DNA of 24,000 nucleotides from Zobellella endophytica (GCF_003012775.1 NZ_PXYG01000005.1:20889-44888); one strand, 5' to 3'; numbered from the stretch's first letter, positions 11,223-19,807 are shown. The notes: a model not told the origin generated them from the sequence alone. Numbers and translations: made by a program.

Positions 11223-13493
11223 ATGCTCATAATTTTCCGCCTTCTGGCCTGTCTGCCTTTCTTGTGGGGCATGGCTGCCATGGGAAATGAGGCCCTTGAC
11301 AGCCAGGGCAAGGCCGAATTGCGCTATGTGGGCAGCCAGCTTTGTGCCAGTTGTCATCAGGCCGAATTTTCCGCGTGGCGGTCGTCTCACCATGCTCTGG
11401 CCATGCAGCATGCCGATGAAGACAGTGTGCTGGGGGATTTTAATGATGCCACGTTTACCTACGCCGGTGTCACAAGCCGTTTCAGTCGCAGAGACGGACG
11501 ATATTTCGTCGAGACTGATGGACCTAATGGCAAGCTCCAGGAATTCGAAATTGAATACACCTTTGGCTATGAACCGCTCCAGCAGTATTTGGTGTCAATA
11601 GGAGGAGGGCGCTTGCAGGCGTTGTCCATTGCCTGGGACTCCAGACCCGGGAGCGAAGGAGGCCAGCACTGGTTCCATCTCCACCCGGAAGACGCCGTTA
11701 CCCACGAAGATGATCTGCACTGGACGAGGCCTGCTCAAAACTGGAATCACATGTGTGCGGACTGCCACTCGACAAATCTGCGCAAGGGCTATGACAGTGA
11801 CAATGACAGCTTCAACACCACCTGGTCGGAAATGAGTGTGGGATGCGAGGCCTGTCATGGTCCAGGCTCCGGGCATGTCGATTGGGCGAAAAAGCCGGGC
11901 ACCGACAAAAATCTGGGACTGTCCATTCGCTTGAGGCAGCATGGTCTGGGGCAGGAGGAGGAGGTATTGACTAGTGCCAATGGTGAGGTGGCCACCTGTG
12001 CTCGCTGTCACTCCTTCCGCAGCCAACTGGCCGAAGGTTATTATCCTGGCCAGGACTGGCTGGATTATTATCGGCCCGAGCCCCTGATTGAGCCCTTCTA
12101 TCATATTGATGGTCAGCAACGGGAAGAGGTGTTTACCTGGGGATCCTTTGCCCAGAGCCGGATGCATGCCGAAGGTGTTAGCTGCAGCAGTTGTCATGAC
12201 CCCCATACTCAGCAGCTCAAGGCTCAGGGCAACGATCTCTGTGTCCGTTGTCATACGGCTACCGAATATGACACCCCCGAGCACCATTTCCATCCGGTCA
12301 ATACGGCGGGGGCTCAATGTGTCAATTGCCATATGCCGGCCACGACCTACATGGTGAACGACCCGCGCCGGGACCATAGCTTACGTATTCCAAGGCCGGA
12401 CCGCACCCTGAATCATGGGACTCCCAACGCCTGTAACAACTGCCATGATGATCGCTCTGCCGAATGGGCTCAGCAGCATATCGAGCAACGATTTCCGGCG
12501 CGGACTCCCGGGTACCAGGAATTTGCCCAGGCTTTTTCCATGGTTGGAAGTCGTCACCTGGAGGCCGGCAAGGAACTCGCAAAACTGCTGACGGGGCAGG
12601 ACCAGCCGGAGATTGTACGTGCCAGCGCCGCGGCCTATATGAATGAGCTTGAGGTGCCGTTCGAACACACTCCTCTGCAAGCCGGATTGGCAGACGCCAG
12701 CCCGCTGGTGCGACATGCCGCTCTGGTGACGCTGGCAGACAAACCGGGTGCCCTTGGGGAAGCGCAGCTGCTGGCCTTGCTCACCGACAAGAGTCGCCTG
12801 GTCCGCAGTGAAGCGGCCCGCCTGCTGGTCGGAAACGAAATCCCGGAGGCAGTGCGAAGCGTTTTCGAGGATGCGCTGAAAGAATACGAACAGGAGCTGC
12901 AGCTGCATGCGGACAGGGCCGATGGGCGAAACCGTTTGGCTTTGCTGCGTTGGCAACAGGGATTACGGGAAGAAGCTCTGGCGCAATTACGAAAGGCGGT
13001 ACAGCTCGATGATCGGCATGTCGCCAGCTATGTGAACCTGTCGGACATGCTGAGAGCTGTTGGGCGTGAGACTGAGGCCTTGAGATGGTTGCAACAAGGG
13101 CTGGCCATTCGCCCGGATGCAGCAGCACTGCATTATGCAATGGGGCTGGCCAAGGTACGCCAGAAACAGCAGGAGCAAGCCAGGGAGCACCTCGAAAAAG
13201 CCCATTTGTTGGCACCCGGCGAGCCCCGGTTTGCCTATGCTTATGCGGTATCTCTGGCTCCCACAGCACCGGGTGAGGCACTGGCCGTTCTTTCCAAGGC
13301 GCTCGAGCTGTCACCTCGCCATCAAGAACTGCTCTGGGCCATGGCCACATACAGCCTGCAATATCAGGGGCCGGAGCAGGCCATGCCTTATGCCCGTCGT
13401 TTGCAGGAGATAGATCCCGAGGCGGCGCGGGTACAACGCCTGTTGAAAGTGATCGAGCATGCGGGTCGCTCTTCTGACGCTCCTGCTCCCTGA
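11223..13493 (+). CDS. Periplasmic octaheme c-type cytochrome (cytochrome c-552/c554-like multihaem domain) fused to C-terminal HEAT-like and TPR repeats; function unknown
   Basis: There are eight CxxCH motifs: CASCH, CADCH, CEACH, CARCH, CSSCH, CVRCH, CVNCH and CNNCH. The N-terminal block is YVGSQLCASCHQAEFSAWRSSHHALAM. The C-terminal ~270 aa contain HEAT-like repeats (SPLVRHAALVTLAD, SRLVRSEAARLLVG) and TPR-like repeats. A signal peptide starts at ATG 11223 (MLIIFRLLACLPFLWGMAAMG), with an AGGAG Shine-Dalgarno 8 nt upstream. Confidence 0.85.
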   Translation: MLIIFRLLACLPFLWGMAAMGNEALDSQGKAELRYVGSQLCASCHQAEFSAWRSSHHALAMQHADEDSVLGDFNDATFTYAGVTSRFSRRDGRYFVETDGPNGKLQEFEIEYTFGYEPLQQYLVSIGGGRLQALSIAWDSRPGSEGGQHWFHLHPEDAVTHEDDLHWTRPAQNWNHMCADCHSTNLRKGYDSDNDSFNTTWSEMSVGCEACHGPGSGHVDWAKKPGTDKNLGLSIRLRQHGLGQEEEVLTSANGEVATCARCHSFRSQLAEGYYPGQDWLDYYRPEPLIEPFYHIDGQQREEVFTWGSFAQSRMHAEGVSCSSCHDPHTQQLKAQGNDLCVRCHTATEYDTPEHHFHPVNTAGAQCVNCHMPATTYMVNDPRRDHSLRIPRPDRTLNHGTPNACNNCHDDRSAEWAQQHIEQRFPARTPGYQEFAQAFSMVGSRHLEAGKELAKLLTGQDQPEIVRASAAAYMNELEVPFEHTPLQAGLADASPLVRHAALVTLADKPGALGEAQLLALLTDKSRLVRSEAARLLVGNEIPEAVRSVFEDALKEYEQELQLHADRADGRNRLALLRWQQGLREEALAQLRKAVQLDDRHVASYVNLSDMLRAVGRETEALRWLQQGLAIRPDAAALHYAMGLAKVRQKQQEQAREHLEKAHLLAPGEPRFAYAYAVSLAPTAPGEALAVLSKALELSPRHQELLWAMATYSLQYQGPEQAMPYARRLQEIDPEAARVQRLLKVIEHAGRSSDAPAP

Positions 13494-13503
13494 TGGAAGT
13501 GGG

Positions 13504-14469
13504 TTAATCCGAGCGACCCAGCGTGACCGAGGGCAGTTCACCAAAGGTCTGCTTGTAGAGTGCGGTGAAATGACTGGGTTGAGAGAAGCCCCAACGATAG
13601 GCAAGATCGGCCAGCTGAATGTCTCCTGGTCGGTGGTGCTGAAGTAGTGTCCGCAATGCTTCCAGTCGGCGAAGCCGGTGATATCGAGCCGGGCTGGTTT
13701 GCAGGATGCGCTGGAAGCTCTGCTCCAGACTTCGTCGGCTGGTGGCGCAGGCCGTCAATAGCGCTGCCATGTCCAGTGGCGCCTCAAGATGGGCGTGGAT
13801 ATATTCCAGTGCCCGTTTGACGACGCCCGGTAGCGGTCCTGCCATGGGCTGTTCCTTCAATATCGGCATCAGTTGCAGCAAATTTTCACAGCACAGGTTG
13901 CGTAGCTGCTGGGCGCCGGTGTTACTGAACAGCAAGCCGTCATTATTGTTTACTTCGAAAGAAAGCAGGGAATGGAGTTGGGCCATGCTGCCGACGCCTG
14001 CGCACTCAGCGCCACAATGCCACCCTCTCGGACCGATGAGTGGCATATCGACGTTATGATATTGTTTCACATAATCTGCAAGGATATCCGGAGGCAGGGT
14101 AAAGACCACGGCCTGGGTGCTTTGGTGCCATGTCAGATCCACTTCATGGCCCGGAGCCAGCAGCAGGAGCTCTCCCACCGTCGCTTGCGATCCCTGGAAA
14201 TGACATTCTACCGCGCCCCTGAGTGGCCGTATGGCATGCCAACTGGTCAGGGGAGTGGAGCGCACCCGTATTTCCTGTCCCACATCGGCACCAAAAAATT
14301 TCAGCCGTGACATCTGGAATCCGGTTAGTCTTACCCGACTCTTGATCACCCTGGTCGGGGTCACCGTCCGTTTTTCATTGAGCTCCCGATTCAGGATACT
14401 TTCGTATTCGTCATAAGCGGTGGTGGTCAGTAAAGGGCGAGACTCAAAGGGCAGGCCGGCCGGCATCAT
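13504..14469 (-). CDS. AraC/XylS-family transcriptional regulator (321 aa)
   Basis: The C-terminal double-HTH domain is present (..ALEYIHAHLEAPLDMAALLTACATSRRSLEQSFQ.., ..LADLAYRWGFSQPSHFTALYKQTFGELPS). The N-terminal effector domain has a XylS-like layout, and the length equals that of XylS. Confidence 0.85.
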   Translation of the reverse strand: MMPAGLPFESRPLLTTTAYDEYESILNRELNEKRTVTPTRVIKSRVRLTGFQMSRLKFFGADVGQEIRVRSTPLTSWHAIRPLRGAVECHFQGSQATVGELLLLAPGHEVDLTWHQSTQAVVFTLPPDILADYVKQYHNVDMPLIGPRGWHCGAECAGVGSMAQLHSLLSFEVNNNDGLLFSNTGAQQLRNLCCENLLQLMPILKEQPMAGPLPGVVKRALEYIHAHLEAPLDMAALLTACATSRRSLEQSFQRILQTSPARYHRLRRLEALRTLLQHHRPGDIQLADLAYRWGFSQPSHFTALYKQTFGELPSVTLGRSD

Positions 14470-14534
14470 GGCTTGATTCTTCCAATGAAAAGCAGCTCAC
14501 ACGCGGAGCAGGATGTAATGAAGACATTCGCTGC

Positions 14535-14566
14535 CAAATAAAAGCCTGCCGCTATCAACAGGCTTT
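14535..14566 (-). terminator. Intrinsic terminator after the aryl-alcohol dehydrogenase gene
   Basis: On the minus strand the sequence is AAGCCUG-uugauagcgg-CAGGCUU followed by UUAUUU. It is preceded by a second 8-bp hairpin, GGCTTGAA/TTCAAGCC, at 14584-14608. Confidence 0.65.
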
Positions 14567-14617
14567 GGTTCTGCTGGCAGAGGGGCTTGAAACGTCAGGG
14601 TTCAAGCCTTTATCCGC

Positions 14618-15721
14618 TTACCAAACCACTACCGGCTTGATGGTTTTTCCTGATTCGGAGTCGGCAAAGGCTTCGTTGATTTGCTCCAGCGAATAGGTCT
14701 CGATAAGGCGATCAAACGGGAAGCGGCCTTGTTTCCACAGGGATACCAGGCGGGGAATGAACTCCTGGGGAACGGCGCTGCCCTGAACGATGGTCTTGAA
14801 GGTCCAGCCTTTGACCAGGGAGCCCCCGATTTCAAACGGGGCTTCTGTACCCGGTGCGGCGGCACCTACCAGCGCCAGAGTACCCCTGATGGACAGTCCC
14901 TGAGCGGCAGCCACCAGCAGCTTGGGAATGCCGGTGGTGTCCAGCACTGAATTGACGCCCGCACCATTGGTGATGCGCAGCAACTCTTCGGTGAGATCCA
15001 CTTCCGAGGTGTTGATGGTGTGAGTGGCGCCCAGTTCCCTTGCCAGCTTCAGGCGGGACTCATGCCTGTCTACGGCGATAATGGTGGTGCAGCCGATGAC
15101 GCGGGCGGCCATGACGGCGGCCATCCCGACAGCGCCGGTTCCGGTTACCGCAAAGGAGGACCCTGCGGTTGGGCGCAGTTCATTCAGCACGGCACCGGCA
15201 CCGGTCTGGATGCCACATCCGAGTGGTGCCATCTTTTCCAGCGGTACGCTGGGATCTATCTTGATAATGCTGGACTCGCTGACATTGGCACGAGTGGCGA
15301 AGGACGACTGTCCGAAAAAATGGGACGATATGGACTCGTCGCCCTTCGATAGCGCGGTAGTGCCGTCCTCCCGGCAACCGCCAAAGTCCTGGGCAAAAAG
15401 ATTCTCACAATATGCCATATGGCCGGTCTGGCACTGGCTGCACTTACGGCAATAAGCCGCGGACAGTACCACATGATCACCGGGAACCACAGATGTCACA
15501 TCGGCGCCGACCTCTTCAACGATACCGGCGCCCTCATGACCCAGCACTGCCGGAAGCGGCGTCGGGTAGACGCCGTCACGGACAATGGCGTCGGTATGGC
15601 AGATGCCGGTGGCAACCATGCGAACGCGTACTTCGTCGCGACGCAGGTCATCAAGTTCCAGTTGTTCAATACTCAGCGGTGCCTTGTGCTGGCGGGCTAC
15701 GGCGGCGGTAATGGTGGTCAT
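14618..15721 (-). CDS. Zn-dependent aryl-alcohol (benzyl-alcohol) dehydrogenase, XylB-like
   Basis: Catalytic Zn motifs GICHTD and GHEGAG are present, with the structural Zn cluster CRKCSQCQTGHMAYC. Blocks shared with TOL XylB, recalled from memory, are FFGQSSFAT, PLGCGIQTGAGAVLN, CTTIIAVD, FIPRLV..W.QGRFPFD and DSESGKTIKPV. Confidence 0.9.
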   Translation of the reverse strand: MTTITAAVARQHKAPLSIEQLELDDLRRDEVRVRMVATGICHTDAIVRDGVYPTPLPAVLGHEGAGIVEEVGADVTSVVPGDHVVLSAAYCRKCSQCQTGHMAYCENLFAQDFGGCREDGTTALSKGDESISSHFFGQSSFATRANVSESSIIKIDPSVPLEKMAPLGCGIQTGAGAVLNELRPTAGSSFAVTGTGAVGMAAVMAARVIGCTTIIAVDRHESRLKLARELGATHTINTSEVDLTEELLRITNGAGVNSVLDTTGIPKLLVAAAQGLSIRGTLALVGAAAPGTEAPFEIGGSLVKGWTFKTIVQGSAVPQEFIPRLVSLWKQGRFPFDRLIETYSLEQINEAFADSESGKTIKPVVVW

Positions 15722-15755
15722 GGAAACCTCTTGTCGTGTTCATGATGGATTAACA

Positions 15756-15785
15756 GGTACGGGCACCTTGGTGGGTGCCCGTACC
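15756..15785 (-). other. Perfect 12-bp GC-rich intercistronic hairpin between the aldehyde and alcohol dehydrogenase genes
   Basis: GGTACGGGCACC-ttggtg-GGTGCCCGTACC lies 4 bp after the ALDH stop and 35 bp before the ADH start. No U-tract follows on the coding strand. Confidence 0.7.
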
Positions 15786-15789
15786 ACAT

Positions 15790-17241
15790 TTATTTGAGAT
15801 GCCGGATAGCATGCTCTTCGACATACTCCGCCATACCGGCGGCACCAAATTCGCGGCCTATGCCGCTCTGCTTGACTCCGCCAAACGGCATCCGCAGATC
15901 CAGGGATTCGAAAGAATGTGAGTTGATAAAGGTACTGCCGGCTTCTATGCGACGAGCCAGTGCCAGGCCTCTCTCGGCGTCCTGGGTCCAGATGGAAGAG
16001 CCCAGGCCATAGTCGCTGTCGTTGGCCCAGCCGAGCACCTGCTCCTCGGAATCATAGGCGACAACGGGAATGACGGGGCCAAACTGTTCGCAGGAGGTAA
16101 TGGGAGCATCATGACCTGCGTCCCGCACCACGTGGGGAAGCACATAATAGCCGTTATGCCACTGAGCCGGATCCAGCTTGTGGCCGAGCTCGAACACCTT
16201 GGCGGGGCTGTCTTGTACTGCGGCAATGAGCTGCCGCACCCGATCGTACTGCGCCTTGTTGTTCAGCGGGCCAAAGGAGGCCTCCGGGTTCAGACCGTGC
16301 CCGACGCGGTACTGGGAAACGCGGTCGCACAGGGCATCGACGAAGGTGTTATAGGCGCTGCGCGGCACATAGATACGCTTGACTGCGAAACAGATCTGGC
16401 CACTGCGGGTGAAAATGCCCGGGAGCATTCTGTCCAGGGTTTTATCCAGGTCTGCATCGTCCAGTACGATGGCGGGGTCATTGCCACCCAGTTCAAGGGT
16501 CATGTTCTTCAACGTGCCTGAGGCACTGGTCATGATGTGGCGTGCCGTTGCCGTGCCGCCGGTGAACCCTATCTTGCGAACCAGAGGATGGCTGGTGAGC
16601 GCCTCACCGACTTCGGTGTCGCCCAAGACGACATTGAGCACGCCTTCCGGCAGTGCATCACTCAGGCGTTGCAGCAGCAGGGTCAATGCTGCCGACGCGA
16701 AAGGAGACGGCTTGAGAACCAGGGTGTTACCGGTGGCCAGGGCGGGAGCCAACTTCATCATGGTGAGTACCACGGGCATATTCCACGGCACTATGGCTCC
16801 GACCACGCCACGAGGCGCTTTTTCGATGCAGATGAAGCTTTGCTCGTCGTCGTAGGTGGTGGGCTCGAGAAAGGATTCCGCAAGGCTGGCGGTGTGCTGC
16901 AGCACACCGCTGCCGAGCATGAAGTCAGTCTGGGCCTCCCACAGAACACCACCGTGCTCCCGGACCAGGAGGGGGGCCAGGTCTGCACCACTCGACTGTA
17001 CAATTTCTGCGGCCTTCATCAGGGCGGCTACTCGCTCAGCAACCGGTACGGACCGCCAGTGCTGGAAAGCCTGATGAGCTTTTTGCACGGCGCGATCAAC
17101 ATCCGCAGCCGTGCCCACGGCAAGGCGTGAAGCCACGGTGTCGAGGCGGCCTGGATCCTGATGATCACGGAAGTCGCTTGATGCTGCCCCCTGGTAAAGA
17201 TGTTCGACGGTGGGTGGGGTGAACGAGTCGAAGTTGGTCAT
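15790..17241 (-). CDS. NAD(P)+-dependent aldehyde dehydrogenase
   Basis: ALDH-superfamily motifs are present: the catalytic Glu in LELGGNDP, the catalytic Cys in SGQICFAVKRIYV, and the blocks PWNMPV and FTGGTATARH. The substrate cannot be assigned from sequence. Confidence 0.9.
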   Translation of the reverse strand: MTNFDSFTPPTVEHLYQGAASSDFRDHQDPGRLDTVASRLAVGTAADVDRAVQKAHQAFQHWRSVPVAERVAALMKAAEIVQSSGADLAPLLVREHGGVLWEAQTDFMLGSGVLQHTASLAESFLEPTTYDDEQSFICIEKAPRGVVGAIVPWNMPVVLTMMKLAPALATGNTLVLKPSPFASAALTLLLQRLSDALPEGVLNVVLGDTEVGEALTSHPLVRKIGFTGGTATARHIMTSASGTLKNMTLELGGNDPAIVLDDADLDKTLDRMLPGIFTRSGQICFAVKRIYVPRSAYNTFVDALCDRVSQYRVGHGLNPEASFGPLNNKAQYDRVRQLIAAVQDSPAKVFELGHKLDPAQWHNGYYVLPHVVRDAGHDAPITSCEQFGPVIPVVAYDSEEQVLGWANDSDYGLGSSIWTQDAERGLALARRIEAGSTFINSHSFESLDLRMPFGGVKQSGIGREFGAAGMAEYVEEHAIRHLK

Positions 17242-17394
17242 GGTTCCCTCGGATCTGGTTGTGGCGTGGGGTCATGGCTGCACACATGTGTAAATGCTGA
17301 TATAGCTCATTCATGTGAAAGCCGACGCATTTTTGTTAATTATTTGTTGTTTTGAAAATCTAAAGGTGTTCAAGGTATTGATCCAGTCAATCTC

Positions 17395-17413
17395 ATGAAT
17401 ATAGTTTATTCAT
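17395..17413. promoter_or_regulatory. Perfect dyad ATGAATA-N5-TATTCAT in the divergent ALDH / NahR-like intergenic region; candidate LysR-type operator
   Basis: ATGAATA lies at 17395-17401 and TATTCAT at 17407-17413, 21-39 bp upstream of the regulator ATG. A related element, ATTCATGTGAA, lies at 17309-17319. Confidence 0.35.
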
Positions 17414-17433
17414 AATATTTATAAGGAGGTGTA

Positions 17434-18339
17434 ATGACACAGTTACAGGATATCGATCTGAATTTGCTGCTGGTGTTTCAACTCATGTATCGGGAGCGCA
17501 AGACAGGGGTCGTCGCCGAGCAACTTGGCTTGTCCCAGCCGGCGGTGAGCAATGCATTGGCCCGGTTGCGCAAGGCGCTGAACGACGAACTGTTCGAGCG
17601 CACCTCCAGGGGCATGAAGCCTACCCCCTATGCAGACCTGATCGCCGAGCCGATTGCCTATGCCTTGGCGACCTTGCAGGACACCATCAACTACCACGAG
17701 CGTTTCGATCCGCTCAGCAGTGAGCGTGCTTTTCGTATCGCCATGACCGATCTGGGGGAAATGTATCTACTGCCCAAACTGATGGCGCATCTGGCCAGGG
17801 TGGCGCCGGGGATCAGCATCACTACTGTGCGCAATAGCGGCGATTCGTTGAAAGAGGAGATGGAGGCCGGGAGCGTGGATCTGGCCATCGGGCTGCTGCC
17901 CCAGCTTGAAGCGGGCTTTTACCAACGGCGGCTGTTCGAGCAGCAGTACGTGTGCCTGATGCGCAAGGAGCACCCCCTGGCTGGCGGCCCCTTGGATCTG
18001 GAAGCTTTTTCCCAAGCCCGTCATATCGTCATCGAAGCCCAGGGCACCGGCCATGGCCGGGTGGAGAAGCTGCTGGCGCAAAGTGGGGTCAGCCGTATCG
18101 TCAAGCTTCGGCTGCCTCACTTCATGTCGGCACCTTACATAGTACGGGAGACGGATCTCATCGCCACCGTTACCGAAAAGCTGGCGCTGCAGACCATGGA
18201 TACCTTGGGCCTGGTGGCGCACCACCATCCGGTAGCATTGCCCTCGGTGCAAATCAACCTGTTCTGGCATCGCCGGTATCATCAGGATACCGGCAGCATT
18301 TGGCTGCGAAGCCAGATTTTCAACCTCTTCGCCGAGTAG
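17434..18339 (+). CDS. LysR-family transcriptional regulator of the NahR subfamily
   Basis: From memory it is collinear with NAH7 NahR over the full length. Shared blocks are DLNLL.VF, GLSQPAVSNAL.RLR, TPYA, ERFDPLSSERAF.IAMTD.GE, VDLAIGLLP.L..GF.QRRL....YVCL.RK.HP, GTGHG, HF, INLFWH..YH.D...IWLR. It is 301 aa versus 300 aa for NahR. An AAGGAGG Shine-Dalgarno lies at 17423-17429. Confidence 0.9.
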   Translation: MTQLQDIDLNLLLVFQLMYRERKTGVVAEQLGLSQPAVSNALARLRKALNDELFERTSRGMKPTPYADLIAEPIAYALATLQDTINYHERFDPLSSERAFRIAMTDLGEMYLLPKLMAHLARVAPGISITTVRNSGDSLKEEMEAGSVDLAIGLLPQLEAGFYQRRLFEQQYVCLMRKEHPLAGGPLDLEAFSQARHIVIEAQGTGHGRVEKLLAQSGVSRIVKLRLPHFMSAPYIVRETDLIATVTEKLALQTMDTLGLVAHHHPVALPSVQINLFWHRRYHQDTGSIWLRSQIFNLFAE

Positions 18340-18601
18340 GTGAAGAACCCCTGCTTCGGCTCCTCCCGGACCAGTTTTATCGTCGATATACGAAAAATGA
18401 TATGGTGGTATCTCAAAATATCATTATTCGACATGTATCGACCTGATGAAAAATGTTTGCTGATTGTGAACGGGTTGTTGATCGGTAAGGTGGTAATGCG
18501 TCCCAGCGTTGGTTGGAGTATTGCCACACCGAATATCAATAGTCTGTTCAGAAAACAAGGGAACTTGATTTTATCAATAGCAACCATGGAGTGAGTTGAA
18601 C

Positions 18602-19807
18602 ATGAAAAAAAGCAAAGTGGCACTGTCCGTGATATTGGCTACAGGAATGCTGAATGCAGGCGTGGTTGCTGCCATGCCGGTAGTGGAGGCTGGTCAACCC
18701 ATTGTGACCGGCGAGCCGAGCCGGGTAGGTCCCCCCTGGAATCACCGCTCCACCATCAATATTCCCGGCACCAAGACCGATATTGCATTTGGTGGCTATG
18801 TCAAACTGGATATGCTGTACGATGCCGATTACGATCTGGGTGATGCCACCAGCCCTTTCGCGTTACTCAACCCGGCAGCTACCGATGGTCGGACCGACTT
18901 TACCGCCTATGAAAGCCGACTGAATTTCCGCAGCCATACTCAGACCGACTATGGCAATCTGAACACCTTTTTCGAGGTGCATTTCCTGCCCGACGGCAAG
19001 CTCAATTTGCGCCATGCCTATGGTGAGTATGCGGGGTTTCTGGCCGGTCACACCTGGACCAACTTTATGAGCTTTGTGGGGAGTACCCGCACTCTGGCAC
19101 TCGGTGATCCCATCGGTTACGCCAACGAGCGACAAGGCCAGATCCGTTATACCCATCGGCTGGAGGATGGTGCTTTGTCGGTGGCTCTGGAGGATCCTGA
19201 CACAGTAATTGCCCGCAATGATGCAGGTATTGCCAGCGAGGAAAGTCGTCTGCCGGACCTGACCCTGCGCTACGAATACCAGCGTATGTTGGCGCTGTCC
19301 GGTGTGGTGCGTGAACTGTCGACCAACGATAATATTCCCACAAATACAGTGGATGATAAAGTTACCGGATATGGGGTGCAGGCCCAGTTCAGCCTGCCGT
19401 TGCTAGCCAGTACCAAGTTGAACGGCAGCTATGCCATCGGTTCGGGTATCGGCAACTATATGGGCAATCCGGGTAATATCAACCATAAGCATGCGCCCGA
19501 TGTTTATGTGCGTAATGGCAGCCTGGAAACGGTGGATATTCAGGGTGGTGGCGTATCACTCAACCATAACTGGACCCCCCAGTGGTTCAGCTCCATCGGC
19601 TATTCAAGAATTGAGCAGGATTTACCCCAAAACAGTGGTTATGACGGTTTGTTTGAAAAAATGGACTATGCATTTGCCAATGTCATCTGGGATGTTACCG
19701 AACGGCTGATGGTCGGCGCCGAGTATCAGTATGCCGATCTGAATACCATCGGTGGTGAAGAGCGTGACGCCAGTCGTCTGCAATTGAGCGCCCAGTATCA
19801 GTTCTGA
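18602..19807 (+). CDS. Outer-membrane beta-barrel porin (possibly DcaP-like); substrate unknown
   Basis: A signal peptide (MKKSKVALSVILATGMLNAGVVAA) is present. The sequence has an alternating amphipathic beta-strand pattern and the C-terminal OMP signature ..LQLSAQYQF. The track starts at TTG 18596; the ATG at 18602 is preferred. The family assignment is tentative. Confidence 0.7.
   Translation: MKKSKVALSVILATGMLNAGVVAAMPVVEAGQPIVTGEPSRVGPPWNHRSTINIPGTKTDIAFGGYVKLDMLYDADYDLGDATSPFALLNPAATDGRTDFTAYESRLNFRSHTQTDYGNLNTFFEVHFLPDGKLNLRHAYGEYAGFLAGHTWTNFMSFVGSTRTLALGDPIGYANERQGQIRYTHRLEDGALSVALEDPDTVIARNDAGIASEESRLPDLTLRYEYQRMLALSGVVRELSTNDNIPTNTVDDKVTGYGVQAQFSLPLLASTKLNGSYAIGSGIGNYMGNPGNINHKHAPDVYVRNGSLETVDIQGGGVSLNHNWTPQWFSSIGYSRIEQDLPQNSGYDGLFEKMDYAFANVIWDVTERLMVGAEYQYADLNTIGGEERDASRLQLSAQYQF

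Noticed and set aside
11595-12377. 260-aa minus-strand ORF, with others at 12381-12956 and 12781-13350, antisense to the cytochrome gene
   Set aside because: These are shadow ORFs. The plus-strand frame has eight CxxCH motifs and a signal peptide, and the antisense frames have nothing recognisable.
18282-18623. 113-aa minus-strand ORF and 84-aa plus-strand ORF (18340-18594) in the LysR-porin intergenic region
   Set aside because: The stretch is AT-rich and promoter-like. The peptides are Ile/Phe/Leu/Asn-rich as expected from AT-rich noise. There is no Shine-Dalgarno, and the minus-strand ORF overlaps the end of the NahR-like gene and the start of the porin gene.
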